A stretch of DNA of 61,690 nt, filler included, from Basidiobolus ranarum (lineage: Eukaryota), in the NCBI GenBank assembly GCA_040143965.1. It is 7 parts of 7 records of this genome, joined end to end, with 100 filler letters (N's around TTAATTAATTAA, not from the genome) between each part and the next. Parts side by side here need not be neighbours in the genome. Positions count along the whole stretch, not along the records: positions 8,840 to 17,576 come from JASJQH010000929.1; positions 17,677 to 26,409 come from JASJQH010000930.1; 5 more parts are not named here. One strand, 5' to 3'. Positions 9,738 through 23,315 of this stretch are shown one piece after another. The position numbers and the translations under genes are program-made. The notes under the pieces were generated by a model. It was not told the DNA's origin. It made no database searches and worked only from the letters and a program-made list of their open reading frames with translations. How positions within the stretch are numbered: the stretch's first letter is position 1; each line of letters begins with the position of its first letter.

Positions 9738-11293
9738 ATGTCTGGACTTCCACCTAACTCACAAACTCCACAACTGAATACTCTTATTGAAAATACCTTG
9801 GATCTGGAAGGTATTCTCCTACTTGAAAAACTTGACTTCAAAGAGATCCTCCTTTGCTTATCTTTCGAAATTAGAGATCGATACCAATCTATATAGAAGT
9901 AAAAACCTATGGATTCCCGTTGGTGCTCGTGGTGTATTTGGTATACTCGACTCTATAGCCCCATCGTTGTTGAATTCGATTTATGCTAAATATTGCCTCA
10001 AATCAGGTGGACAAGTAGTGGCTCAAGCCTTGGCTGCAGCCATGAAGACGGTATCTAAAGAGTACCATGTTCATGTAAGTAGGTTTTGTTTCTCAATTTT
10101 GGTGATCTATCATAACCAACGGTTCATTTCAAGTCGCTTCATTCCTATTTTTTACTTGCGGCCACAAATGCTATTCCTATTCTATATGAAGTTGAACGAG
10201 TTCGTGATGGTAAGCAAGTTGATTTTATTTTGGTTAACTTCATGATATCACTTATATTATATTGTTTAGGAAAGAGCTACGTAACTCGCACAGTATTTGC
10301 AAAGCAGAAAGGCCGTTGTATTTTCACATGTACTTGCAGTTTTCAAAGACCAGAGTCTTCACTACTAAACCATCAATATGAGATGCCAATTGCACCTGAT
10401 CCGGAGACTCTGCCAAGGTAAGATTCTGGAACAGAATTTGAAGTTTGTGTGTCAGTTTAAAATCATGCTGATACGTTTTATTCCCAGTAATGACGAGAGA
10501 TACTCGGCATGGCTTAGAAGAACTGATGTCCCTGATGGCTATAAAAGATACATAAGCGAGGTTCTTGAAGAGGTTGGTTCCGTTAGTTTCCAAGGCGTGC
10601 TGTATGGATTAAATAATTTATTGTTTCCTATGTTATAGCCTATTCCTGTGGACATACGTCGAACCCAGGGACTTAACCCAGAGGACATACTTTATCCAGA
10701 AAAGACCGATCCTTATCAGGTAGATTTCCTTCTTATCCCCACATATTGGGCGCCATGTGAATAGATTTCAGAAAGCTGGTACTGATATATTTGCCGGATT
10801 TTTGAAATGTTCAAATAGTTAATATGGATGAAAGCTAAAGGGAAACTAGGTGAAGATCTTGCATTCCACCAGGTAAAACTCATTTGTCGCTTTGATCTTC
10901 AGCGTGTATACTAACTTGCCAACTATTACAGTGTGTCGCTGCCTATTGCTCTGATCATCACTTTGTTCAAACCACGTTATTATGCCATGGTGTCAATGAA
11001 TTTAGTGATCCTCGACTTGAAATGCTTGTTTCGTTAGATCATACCATCTGGTTCCACGCGCCATTCCGTGCTGATGAATGGCTTCTCTATGAGATGGAGG
11101 TATGTTTTTGACGCTCCCACTCTCTGATCACCTGATCTTTGACACATTGTTTGTATTCTAGTGTCCGCAAACCGGAGGAGGTCGTGGTCTTGTGTTTGGA
11201 AGAGTATACACTGCCGATGGAAAGCTAGTGATGTCGATTGCGCAAGAAGGACTGATCAGAGCTGGCGCAAACCCGAAGAAATCCAAGATATAG
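9738..11293 (+). CDS. TES1: Peroxisomal acyl-CoA thioesterase II (TesB/ACOT8/Tes1 family), multi-exon
   Basis: Spliced reading gives IDTNLYRSKNLWIPVGARGVFG/GQVVAQAL, VH/SLHSYF, VERVRDG/KSYVTRTV, AYCSDH, VSLDHTIWFH, GRGLVFGRVYTADGKLVMSIAQEGLIR. Ends in SKI*, a PTS1-like signal. Confidence 0.9.
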
Positions 11294-12213
11294 GCCACCC
11301 TTGTTGCTCTACGAATATGAATACATTTAGACGTCAGGCTCAGCATGTTGCAATGATATCTACAGCATCTTTACCTTCATTGCATATTTCGCAAATTGTT
11401 TATCTATCACAATCCCTTCATACTTGTCCTGATTAAGATATGAGCAATAGAAGTGCGTGCCTCGAATTTTATGCCTAATAAAGATCCGGCAGTCAGCCTG
11501 GGAGTCTTTCACCTAAGAAATGCGTGGCACTGGCAGCATCACCAAGTAGCAAATAGAATTATCTGAAACGGGTATAATGCACATTTTAGTTTCAGAGTAT
11601 TCGGGCAATGTACAGAGATAATTGATTATCTCAGGGGAGGTTCATTTAAGGATTTTACGCACTGCTATAGCATTTAGATGAATTGATGCATTGTTCACTA
11701 ATGACTTTGAATCATCTACTCCGAACAAAAGCACTAATTGAAATCATCGAATCGTGCAGCGAGAGAATAGCATTGACTGATTTATGAGCAAATATAAACG
11801 CCGCTTGCAGATGCAGGCCAGCAGATGATAGTTCTGAATTGGGAGGCGAGATTTGTGCCATTTGATTGGTAATGTAATTAGTTCGACTTGCTTCTTCATC
11901 TTAAGACACCTCCCCTGCCTCTCTTATTAAAGACATGATGCTCTTCATAATTTTTAGATTTGGAGCTACCACATCTCGAATAACCCCTGATAATCACTCT
12001 CCCTGGTTAGACCCTGCTACTTCTGAGCCATATAACTTCATAGGGCCTCCTCAAACAAACGCATCCTCAACTGTCGTTAACTTTACTGTAAACCCCAGCC
12101 ACAGCCTTTCAACAGTCACACTCGTAAGATCAACACTCGTTTGACTGTGATAATCCTCAATATATCAGGCTATCTTCATATTTGTTGGAACCTCTTAAAC
12201 CAGCCACGCAACA

Positions 12214-12903
12214 ATGAAACGTCTATTCTCTACGCTTGTTCTAATTTCTATGAATTTCCTTCAGGTCAAAAGCACCTCGAATCGGTTTTCAATTGGAAAT
12301 ATCGAAGATACATTTGGTAACATTATTGGAAGCTCAAACGGAAACATACTAGGAAGCATCTTTAGCAAAGATGGCTTTGCAAGTGATATCATTCACCCAT
12401 CCAAACAATGCCAAGATGGAATTCTTCAAGCCTTACTTAAATACACAAGTCTGCATGAATGCTACCAATTGCCTTTGATTTTCGCCACCTTGGACACAGT
12501 CTGCTCACCGAAATGTCTTCCAGATACAGTACTAGGTTCAAAGATCATAAATGACTCATGTTATGACGAAATTACGGAGGATGAAGAGAATGTATTTCGT
12601 AACTGGAGTAATGAGAATGCAGCCAAAAGTGCATGCAGCCTAGATTCTAATGGAACCCGCTGCTTGAGCAAATTATTAACAGCCTCGGTTACAGTGATGA
12701 ATTTGAAGTTTCGACCAGGTAACGATGCAACACCTCAAGAATATCAAAAGGCTCTATGCAACAATTGCTTGAAGACATTATTCGAATCTGTGGATTCACC
12801 CAGCGATATACCAACTCTGTACATGTATAAACTCTTGGATCCAGATGAATTTTTCGCTTTGGGTGTTGAGTATTGCGATTGGAAGCAACCCGTACAAAGC
12901 TGA
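12214..12903 (+). CDS. Secreted cysteine-rich protein of unknown function (229 aa, 10 Cys)
   Basis: Intronless ORF with signal-like N-terminus MKRLFSTLVLISMNFLQVKS, patterned cysteines and ACAATG start context. Confidence 0.75.
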   Translation: MKRLFSTLVLISMNFLQVKSTSNRFSIGNIEDTFGNIIGSSNGNILGSIFSKDGFASDIIHPSKQCQDGILQALLKYTSLHECYQLPLIFATLDTVCSPKCLPDTVLGSKIINDSCYDEITEDEENVFRNWSNENAAKSACSLDSNGTRCLSKLLTASVTVMNLKFRPGNDATPQEYQKALCNNCLKTLFESVDSPSDIPTLYMYKLLDPDEFFALGVEYCDWKQPVQS

Positions 12904-13914
12904 GCCTTATACTATATGTATCCCTTCAGTTTTATACTTGCGTTTCGGCCTACATCATATTCCATTCATCTACATACTCTGATAAACCTGAGTATATCCC
13001 TCTTTTGCTTACCACTTTTCTCTATCTTTGACTTCAAATGTTTTTAGGCAGTTCATGTAAATGAAATTAAATCAATAAATCCAAGTACTACTCGGTATAT
13101 ATATAGTTGAGGTAGAGAGATGTTCACGTATAAAGTCAAACGGTCACCACATCATAGTTGAAGCACTATCTCTAATATCTTAATAGTTCAATTGCCCTTT
13201 ACACCTCGCAGCATAATACGTCACTTCACCTTAACTCCAGTCTTTTCCGTCATTGTTCGTACTGCAAATATGTGTCTGTATTTCTGGGTTAGTGAGGTAG
13301 ATGTAATGAAATCTTAGAACTGTCAGGAAAATCCACACCTTATGAATAGCTGGGTGTAGCACAACTTGTAGAATATTTTATGTTGGTGCAGACTTATAAA
13401 TTGTGAATACTCTCATACGTTTTGACAACGATAGTAGATTTACTCCATTCATGGTTTATATGAATTCTTTAGTTATGTTCAGAGTAAGCTTGCATAACAT
13501 AAACGAAGAAAAAAGGAAAATCTCCAAGTTTGATATTGGTGTCTATTTCCAACTGTAGGCAAATGAATTCTTGAGTCATGCTTACTGCACCATAATTAAT
13601 TCTATAGTAATAAAATCTTTTTCCAATGTTCGATTATTACTTGGATAAGAAATTTTTTATAAACCAAGAAATTTTTGTATGATCATGGTTTTGGGTGTAC
13701 ATTATTGAAAGTCGATTTTATATAATTGGATACCAAATCATTGACTACCAAGCGAAAAAAAAAAAATCATGAACATAACTATTTTTTCAAGAACTAATAT
13801 GAAATGGTATTGATAATTCTTTTTCTCAACATTTACTTGCTCATATTAAATCTGAATTTTCTTATCACTTTTATTACCTTTTCCTTTCTTTGAGTACTCT
13901 AATAATTCACCAAA

Positions 13915-14611
13915 ATGGTCCGTCACTTGAAACATCATGAGAAGAAATTGTTGCGTAAGGTGGACTTTATGCAATGGAAGTCAGTCGATAACGCCAACGA
14001 GATTCAAGTTATGCGTCGTTATCACTTGCAAAAGCGCGAGGATTATGTGAAGTAAGTGATATTTATATGGCCACTTTTTCTTGATCCCTCAAAGGTTATT
14101 TTATTTTGGAACTAATGAAAATATTCCCTTTAGATATAACAAACTGTGTGGTCAGGTGAAAAAGATTGCCAACAAAATTTCCCTTTTGGATCCTAGAGAT
14201 CCGTTCCGTAGTCAGAAAGAGGAGGCCTTGTTAGAAAAATTATACAACATGGGTCTTATCACTACACAGAAAACCTTCTCTCAATGTGATAAAATCACTG
14301 TTTCTGCATTCTGTAGGCAAGTATACATTCTCATATTGTATGGGTTGAGTATTCCTTTACTAACTGTCTATCTTTTAATTAGACGTAGACTTCCTATCAT
14401 GATGTGCCGCTTGAAAATGGCCGAAACCGTAAAGGAAGCCGTAACCTTCGTTGAACAAGGTCATATTCGTGTAGGACCCGAGACAGTTACAGACCCAGCC
14501 TATATGGTAACTCGTAACTTGGAAGATTTCATCACTTGGGTAGATACATCCAAGATCAAGCGCAAGATTCTCAAGTACAACGACAAATTGGACGATTACG
14601 ATTTGTTATAA
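13915..14611 (+). CDS. IMP3: U3 snoRNP protein Imp3 (3 exons)
   Basis: [27 protein letters not shown] after splicing; S4 domain [23 protein letters not shown]-terminus DDYDLL. Confidence 0.95.
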
Positions 14612-15115
14612 AAGAAGTGGCATTGTTGGGAATAAATGATGTATCGTACCACCATCTAATGGAAAGAACGAGGATAACACTTGCTTTCCTAGAGATACTT
14701 TTAACACATTATTTATCCTCATTATGTACCTTCTCTTTTTCATTATTGATTCGATTTGTAGAACGTGACCAAATTGTATTTTACTAGATTATTATCGTTC
14801 TAGATTAGATTTGTATTCACTCGTTTCCCTTGGGGGGTTTTTCTTCTTGAACATGGATCGGTTTCGTTAAAAGAAAATAATTTTGCCGAATAAATGATTT
14901 TCATATGATTTGGGATTCTTCAATGGTGACAACGAATCGACATAGAACGAGGTGAGGGCCTAACAGGCTCATAGCCAGGGCAGTAATTTATTGGACAAGT
15001 GAGTGTTGCTTTTCAACAAATAAAATACAACAAAAAGGGGTTTTGTGTCTACTAATAATATGAACGGTCGACTACTCGAATTCTTAGATCAACCAAGAGT
15101 TGAAGCAATCTAATT

Positions 15116-17576
15116 TTAGGAGTGAGAGGCGGTGGATAAGGACGGAGTATTCACTAAGGAGGGTGATCCTGAGGAGGATCCACTCGAAATGGTCTTCAGC
15201 AATAGTGACATATCTGAGCGTGAACTTTTCTGAGATTTCTTGGAGTGTGTGGTCTGTGAAAGGGTGCGTTTATCGGAGGCATCGGTTTCATGCTCACTAA
15301 TAGAATCCCGGGACAATCGGAGCGCCTCTTTGAGAGTTTCAAACTTGACTGGCTTGTGAGTTCCACTAGTTTTGTTCTCTGACTTGTGTAGTGTGGGAAA
15401 AGTAAATTTAGGGATTAAACCATGCATCACTCTGGAGGTAGAAGTGATGGTACGACTGATCAATTTCTTGGAATCATCAGTAGCAAGGATGAGGTTTTCG
15501 GCAGTCAATCGTTTCTCTAGCTCGGTAAAGCGCTTCTTCAACTCCACTCGATGATTAAGAATATGTAATATCTCTTGGAAAGATAAAGGAATGGACTGGT
15601 AATCTTCAGACTTTAGATCATCTTTGTTTATGTCATCCAAAGATTGTCCCTCTAATTGAATGAAATTGTCTTGGTCGTTACATCCGAACAAAGGGCACCA
15701 TTGATTCACCAGCTTTCGCTGTTCGATAAAGCATTCAGCCTGTTGGATGATCTCTGGAATATTCAACAGCAGTCCAAGGTGAAGTATGTAAAGGTCAACC
15801 AGTTGGTCCAATAATATTCTAACAGCAAAGTCGGCATCCACATTGGATTCGTTATACTTTTGAAGTTTGAACATGACTGGGATTGCGAGCACCAATTCAT
15901 CAAACACATACCTTTCCAACATCTGTTTGAAAATGGAGAAAACAATGGCGAAGTCGATGGGCAAAGCGGCTTTTCCCGTAACACAATCAATAAGCGCTTT
16001 GTGTACTGAGTTTCGAAATTTTAGATCTGGGTTTGAGTTGCGGCGCACTAGCCGGCTATTGATGGTAAGTTTACGAACTGGAATATGGCTAGCTCCGATG
16101 TTCTCATTCTCAAGACATGTAGTCAAAAATATCCCGCATGCTTTTCGGATTTCTGTGGATAGTGGATCAAAGAGTTAAAGATCTATCAATGTATGCGAAC
16201 ACACCTCTATTACAACGAATACTTACTTATCGATTCATTATTTAACAAGGGTAGTGCCAAGGCTACTACTCGAAAAGTGGTCCGTGAGACAATCGAGTTG
16301 TCTGTAGCGGTTGCTTTGTTGTTGCTGACCACGGAAATCAGACACTGCAACATCTTGAGTCGAAATAGAGGTGCGGGAATCCCATCAATCTCTGCGCGCT
16401 TCTCGCCAATTCTCATTTTGCCAAGGATGTAAGACATAATATCCGTAACCTGACCGACATAATAGATGTTGGTAGTCAAAGCGCCGATGGCCTTAGTCAA
16501 ATCAGCTTCGACACTGTTGAAGCTAGTTGTTGGGTTTAAGTTTATACTAGCAAACTTTAGAGAGTCGCTGAAATAGTCTATTAGCACACCAAGGAGTTCC
16601 AAAACCGAAATCCCAGGGGTGACCATGTAATTCAAGAGTAGCGATATGAGTAGCTTTGTAAGAGTGTGCTTCTTGGGTGTTAGATATTCAGTATCGATCC
16701 GTTTGACAATCTCGTTGACCACCATAAATCGATATCTAGGCTTGATGAATTTTGCAATTTCCGGTTAGTTATATTCTACCATAAAGTTGATGCCAAATAA
16801 GATCAACCTCCATGTTATTTAAAATGAAATGGATAATTTCTACGGCGCACTCTTGATGATTCCAGAAATTCGTTTCATCCAAGTATCTAAGAGAGGTTAT
16901 AGATATACGAAGGTTAAAGTGGATCTTACTAGCTAAATCAATGAGAGTGAAATAATGTACCTAAAGAGTTGCTTGCTGATTAGACTGATATTAGCAGCAT
17001 TTGTGCTATTCATTAGACCCTTAAGGCAAGACAATGCGAGTTCACTAAGATCCTCGTTTAGGGTGTCTGTAGAATGTATGCTATGACTATCTCGAGGCTT
17101 GAGGTTCATAAATTTAGCGTTGTTTCTACATTATAATATCAGTGAGTTAGTATGAACATTTCTAGAACCATACAAATATTAGGCTGCATACTCGAATTTC
17201 AGATACTCCACATCAAGTTTAATATTATTAATATTACACAAGAACGAAGGGAGAATGATACTAAGATGCTTTTTGGTAAACGATGATTTTCCAGAGGGAG
17301 AGGTGATGAAGCTGGATAGTGCAGTCAGGCCAAGTATGCGCATGCTTAAGATATGCAATAGTTAGTAAACTAGAAGAAGTACAAGCTGCGATTAAGAGAA
17401 GTTACGTTTTGGTACTTCTCAGAGAAGTGTCTGGACACAGGCACCAGTCGCTATACTTGGTCAATAAATTTTCCAATAAAGACGACAGTTCGCTATCAAT
17501 TCCAAGAGAAGAGCCATCATAATTCGAACAAAATAGAGAAAACTTATCGAGATAAAGAAAAAAATGAGGTTGTTAG
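15116..17576 (-). CDS. EFR3: Efr3-like armadillo-repeat PI4-kinase plasma-membrane adaptor, 5'-truncated by the contig end, multi-exon
   Basis: GISVLELLGVL and AIGALTTNIYYVGQVTDIMSYIL resemble fungal Efr3. C-terminal VKFETLKEAL motif and Ser-rich tail. Confidence 0.7.
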
Positions 17577-17676
17577 NNNNNNNNNNNNNNNNNNNNNNNN
17601 NNNNNNNNNNNNNNNNNNNNTTAATTAATTAANNNNNNNNNNNNNNNNNNNNNNNNNNNNNNNNNNNNNNNNNNNN
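17577..17676. other. Artificial contig spacer
   Basis: 44N + TTAATTAATTAA + 44N. Confidence 0.98.
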
Positions 17677-18508
17677 GTTACTCCCTCCCACTCCACTTAA
17701 CAGTGTCTTAGATTCTACTGACTTAACTTTTCTGCTTTGCAACATTCATACAAATACTCCAGATCTCCATACATTAGTTAAGAAACTTCAAAAGTAGTTA
17801 TGGCTTCTTTGTTTTGTTTGAAATAAAGATTTCACCTTTTGGTGACTGTCTCCCCCCCTAACCCTAACCCTAAGTGCTGACAACAATTACTTCAACTTTG
17901 CTCTTAGAGTTAAGAAAGACAAAGGTTTTAGAACAGTACCACTTAGTTATGACTATTATCTCCATAATTTTGTCATTTGGTAACCTTGAAATACATTATT
18001 GGGCATAATCATTCTAGATATTGCCATCATATGTATCTCGCTACATTATTGGAATGCCAATAATTCATAAGTAAATATTATCACCACATCATCCTCCAGT
18101 ATCCTCCTCAATTCCTGCTATCCTTTTCACACAGGCTCTTTGGCACGTTTCTTTCTTAACCCTTGTTACTGCTTTTAGGTGACATCACTCTAACTGCTCG
18201 TTAACATAGCAGACACTCAAAAGGCACTAAAACAAGAACCAAAATTGCAACAAACACTTACCAAAGCTACTAACGTGCCAATACTATGAAAGCATTGATG
18301 GCACCTTCGGGCTCGTCTTACTTAGCTTATTTACAACTAGAACCAATCAACATCTTAGATCAGCATAGCTATCACTTGCTTGTTCCACAGATACATTCAG
18401 TTTATTGCTCGCTAGTAAAATGACTGATCAGATGGAGGTGACCAGAAAAAGCTAACAGCCAGATATTTCATATCGGATAAATATGAAAGTCAATATATGA
18501 AAAAAAAA

Positions 18509-19996
18509 CTAATACAGCGCTTTAAAATTCATTGTGAGATTTCGAGTCTCCATTAGTCCTAACCCCGGCCTAGTTTTGAGACGTTCGAAATGCACGCTAT
18601 TCATTGGCAACATCCAGGAAAACTTCCTCACTAACATGCTCAACACGATTCTTTGCTCGATCAGTGAGAAATTCATGCCAATACAACGGCGGCTGCCTCC
18701 ACCAAATGGCATCCAAGAGAAAAGATCATGATTAACCGTTTCATCCAAGAATCTCTCTGGCATAAATCGATACGGATTCTCCCACAGATTTGGATTATGA
18801 TGCATAGCGTAGATGTGGATGTTGGTAGGAGTTCCGATCGGAAGCGTAAACTCTCCAAACTGAACAGGCTCGGTAGTGCGACGTGGAATAATTTGTGCAG
18901 CCGATGGATTTAACCTCATGGACTCCTTTATCACTGCTGTGATGAATATAAGTGAATTCTGCTGTTGTTCAAAGGTAGGACAAACATTCTTCGCCTCGTC
19001 ACCCAATACTCTGTTGGCCTCTTCTCGCGCCTTCTGCTGATACTCAGGGTAAAGACCCAAGTAATAGATAGCGGTAGAGAGAGCGTTAGCAGTAGTATCA
19101 TGACCAGCAATGAAAAAGATGATAACATCGTTTCGAATTTCTTCAGGAGTTAGTCTTTCTTTCTCTGATTCACCAGCCTGTATCATGAGTGTCACCAAGT
19201 CAGCACTTTGAGTATCTACAGGCTTTCCGTCGCGAATTTTTTCCAATTTACTATTTATGATGCCCATGATGAATTCATTGAACTTGTTGAGCTCAGTCTG
19301 ATATCCACGGCGACCTACGAGTGGAGCATTCTCCAAGAATGGGAACACTGTATACAACGAGCTACTAATGCCTGTTAGGATAGTATTGTATAGTCTTACC
19401 ATCTCTCCCCCTTGGTTCTCGATGGAATTAAAATCGTAGTCAAAGATCACTTTTCCCAGAGCATCCAGGGTCATTCGCTGCATCAATTCCTTAACAGGCA
19501 CATGTGTACTCGACCTGTCTATTTCTGAAATCAATTTGAATACCAGTTCGCCAAAGATAGAGGTAGTCCAGGTACGATGAAATGCCGGATTAGCAACACG
19601 GCGATGTTTCCTCCACTCCTCACCATTGACGGTAGCGATATTTACACTTAGGAGCTTGGCCTGTAAAGTGTTTGGCTGCTCTCTGCTTAATATGATCTTT
19701 GGGAAGATATCACTCTTCATTAGCATGAATTTGGCATATTCCGGATTGGAGACCATCACGATCCATTTTCCAAACACGAACTGTCGAGCCACCCCTTTTT
19801 CAGTTATCACTGGTAGCACTAGCTTGTCAAAGCATTCCGAGGCATCCAGAAAGTTGATATACGCCCATATGCTTTTCCATAAAGACACTTCTGGGATGTT
19901 CTGCAGGGCTTTCGGGCATTTCACCTTATCATATAGATACCATGATATGGCCACAATAGGTGCAAATACACAGAGTGAAATTGTCAATAAAGTCAT
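18509..19996 (-). CDS. Cytochrome P450, microsomal, intronless
   Basis: N-terminal TM anchor; WRKHRR; AGHDTT; ESMR (ExxR); PERF; PFGGGSRRCIG heme loop. Second Met (19996) preferred because a TATA-like run abuts the upstream ATG at 20059. Confidence 0.95.
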   Translation of the reverse strand: MTLLTISLCVFAPIVAISWYLYDKVKCPKALQNIPEVSLWKSIWAYINFLDASECFDKLVLPVITEKGVARQFVFGKWIVMVSNPEYAKFMLMKSDIFPKIILSREQPNTLQAKLLSVNIATVNGEEWRKHRRVANPAFHRTWTTSIFGELVFKLISEIDRSSTHVPVKELMQRMTLDALGKVIFDYDFNSIENQGGEMVRLYNTILTGISSSLYTVFPFLENAPLVGRRGYQTELNKFNEFIMGIINSKLEKIRDGKPVDTQSADLVTLMIQAGESEKERLTPEEIRNDVIIFFIAGHDTTANALSTAIYYLGLYPEYQQKAREEANRVLGDEAKNVCPTFEQQQNSLIFITAVIKESMRLNPSAAQIIPRRTTEPVQFGEFTLPIGTPTNIHIYAMHHNPNLWENPYRFMPERFLDETVNHDLFSWMPFGGGSRRCIGMNFSLIEQRIVLSMLVRKFSWMLPMNSVHFERLKTRPGLGLMETRNLTMNFKALY

Positions 19997-22900
19997 TGTT
20001 GTGGATGCGAGACTTGAATGGATTGAATTGTTCTGCAGTTGGAGTATGAGAAGGGACATTATATATACACAAATGAAATCCCGATCAGTAGAGAGATTCT
20101 GTGTTTCTTCTCAATTGCTAGACATATGGCTCTATGTAGCTAGGGACAATTCGTGTTAGTTTTTCCTTGAAAGAAGCGGACATCACACGCCGAAGATCCG
20201 ATATGCATATATTACACTCTTGGACTCTCAGTCTTGGAATCAGTAAATAATCACTTCGCGCAGCTGCTTCTAGGTCTACTCTAGATGACTTGAAAGTTAC
20301 AAGAGTCAGGCCATTAAGCCTGATCCTCCATTTCTATTCAATGGTGCATAACTAGTGATGTGACTTCAATATAACTTTATATCGTTAAAACAGCTTTAAG
20401 GACGCTTACTAGCTCATGTTTGCTTGCTGAGAGACTTTGGTGGATAAATCATAATGAGAGAAATGATGGTGACTGATTGATTCATTAGATGGATAATTGG
20501 CTATTTAGTACTATAGTCCTAACGCTAGGCTTACATAGTCTACACTTACAAAATTAGAGCCCCGGTATATCAGCCACTCATTATTCAATTGAAGAATAGC
20601 AACAAAGGCCTACGAGGAACAGTACTTTAGCGCAGTTATACTTCTAGATTGTACGAAAATATTTGCGTCCTCTTGGTACAGTCAGCCAGTACCAGATAAC
20701 ATGTGAAATATCTATTTTGAAGGAGTTGTTTAAAGTGAAATAGATTAAGCTGGATGAAAATTTATCGAATAGATCAAGAATGGAGCTTGAGACAAGGTGA
20801 TTCCTGGTTTGGACATGGGAATGGTGTCCTTTAGTTAAGAACCACTTACCCTCTTTCATTTTATCGAGATAATCCATGAAAGGAGCAAAAAGTACTTTGT
20901 AGTATCGGATTACCTATTATTATGTGGATGGGTATGTAAAGGCCGTGATATGAATTATTCATCTTGCATCCGCAGACGAAGAAGTTACTGCCTGAATTTA
21001 AAATTGATTTCAGCAACCTGAGTGATGTAGCAAGAAACTATCTTAATGACCCATGATGTTTAAGAATGGTCAGTAGTCTTGGAAGATCCCGGTTTGAAAC
21101 CACCGGTACAGATGTGCAAGGGCAGTAGAGATACCATTAGATACTTCACACCTAAGCAGCAGCTCTCGCTGCTCCGCCGTTCAATCACACTGAATCGCAG
21201 CCGAAGGTATCAAATGTTCCATAGTCCAGTGATTTGATGGTAGTTGAAATTTATTTCTTGAACCATGAGTGAAACCACAATTACTTTCATACAGTCAGAT
21301 GTATTGATTGCTGATAATAATTTTGTTTGATATTCACGCTAGTACAAAGCCTCATCATGAATGCAATGCAATACAATGAACAAAGTCACTGTCGTATTGA
21401 TAAGATCTGCGGACTGTGAAATCATCTGAATATTAGTGAAATCAGGATTTATATGCGCTATTGATGGATAGAAACTGATTAGCTAGTCTCTCGACCATGT
21501 TTAAGTATCAATTTCCACCAACAAAATAGTATTTGATCGAGTTTAATTTATTTGAAGTACAGTAGCATATTTTCAAATTACTCACTTGGGGAGTATAGCT
21601 CATAACACAGGCATGAAACTAGTATCATACCTTTACTGCCATGATTAACACTGAACTTTATTCAAATTATATATACAGCTGAAGTTATGAATTCTATACC
21701 AATGTGTATCAATTGCTGTTGGTTTGGCTCGGTTTCAATTAGAGTGAAATATTGGAAATTAGGATGAGTATATACATGAGAAGAACTGGACTCAACTAGA
21801 TAGCAACAGAGATCTTAATTAGCTACTGATGGAGGGTCAGTAGACTCAAGTTCACTAGAGTAGAGGTGGCGTGGCTCAATATACTAATGGAACATACAAT
21901 GAAACTTACTTTTGAAGTATTTAATTAAGGTTACTTTCATTATAAACATTGTTGATGGAAGCTTTTTAACAGTATGGCATAAAAGTGAGCTAGCAATTTT
22001 GGTCATGGCTGGAAAGTATCTTGCATCTATATACATAGAATAGTATTGAAGCTATTCTCTAATTGGAATGCAAAGATCTCAATCGCAATAAAAATGTAGG
22101 AAGCAGCCACCAGCCTTTAAATCTGAATACATATTAGCACTGTGAGATAGCTATATCATATCTATTTGTATGGTTCCATTGCTATTGGATTACAGAGTTT
22201 AGTGACAGTTTCTTAATCGTAGGAATATATTTACTTTCACTATCTTGCTTCAAGCTCAGGTAGAGTTTCCGACAACCATGGTTATATTCCCTTGTTTGTA
22301 TCGGGGTACCAAAGGTCATATATATACATCTATACATACACAAAGACATCCAAGAATGCTTCAATTTATTAAACAAGAGTTAACCATCATAATCATCGTG
22401 ATATGTGCAGCAACCTACGCTTCGATAGCATGGTTGGATATTATTTATTTGTAAATGTAGATATCACTATGCAGTTCATGATCATCGTTCACTTACTTTT
22501 CTATCAAAGTGCAAAAAATCCAACTACCAAATCATGTGATTGAAATATACAAATGTATGCATTAAACCAATAAACTCCAGGTATATCTCCAGAAAATTTC
22601 ATCATGTCGTGAAAGGGTCGGACAAACATGACTATACAGAATCCATATCCTAATACAGTGAGTAGTGAATGTCACTATATTCAGATCAAGTATTACCGAC
22701 ATATATCAATGCATAAAGAGACAATCCTTTGCCAACATATAAATTACTTCATTAAGGTTGGAATAAAATAAATGTATTTTAGTACATAACCATCGTAAAT
22801 ATGAGTGCTTCAAGTGCCCAAGAAGGAAGAACTGAAAAACGAAAGTAGTTGAAATATTCAGTATTGACATGAAATGACCCTAGAGGCCTGATGTAGTGGG

Positions 22901-23071
22901 GGTAATTAGCGAGGAAGAGCAAAAAGTTGAATAGCTAGGCACTTGTTGTATCTAGAGGATTATTAGGTAGATTCAACACCAATTACAATTGCATCCAGAT
23001 TTTTATGTATATAGTTATAATTCAATGTATGTTACATTACGAGAAGGAATAACCATGAGGTGGAATGGTCA

Positions 23072-23315
23072 TTAATACATGTCATCGTCACTATCGAGCC
23101 CATCTAAACCAAGACTAGAGGAATTGACGGTTCTCAAGAGCGAAACACTTGGCTTGTCATTTGTATCATACATGGGTAGTTTATCTACTACATTGGGGGA
23201 TTTACCATGTGGGTTCGAGTTCAACAGAAACACTCCAACAAAGATCGTGAAAAATCCACAAAAGAGGGATACGAGGTTAACGGGGTTGGATTCATTGAAC
23301 CCTTGGAACAGCTCT
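23072..23315 (-). pseudogene. Orphan C-terminal fragment of a NIPA-type Mg2+ transporter
   Basis: Minus-strand translation LFQGFNESNPVNLVSLFCGFFTIFVGVFLLN...DDDMY* resembles the last NIPA TM helices. In-frame stop just upstream and no further NIPA exons recognised. Confidence 0.65.

Noticed and set aside
17858-17873. CTAACCCTAACCCTAA telomere-like repeat
   Set aside because: Under three units and internal to the contig; too short to call a telomere.
19626-20159. 177-aa plus-strand ORF and similar antisense or alternate-frame ORFs over CHAP, RPL19, ATP7, HAP2 and RPN7
   Set aside because: Shadow ORFs of real genes with no independent motifs.
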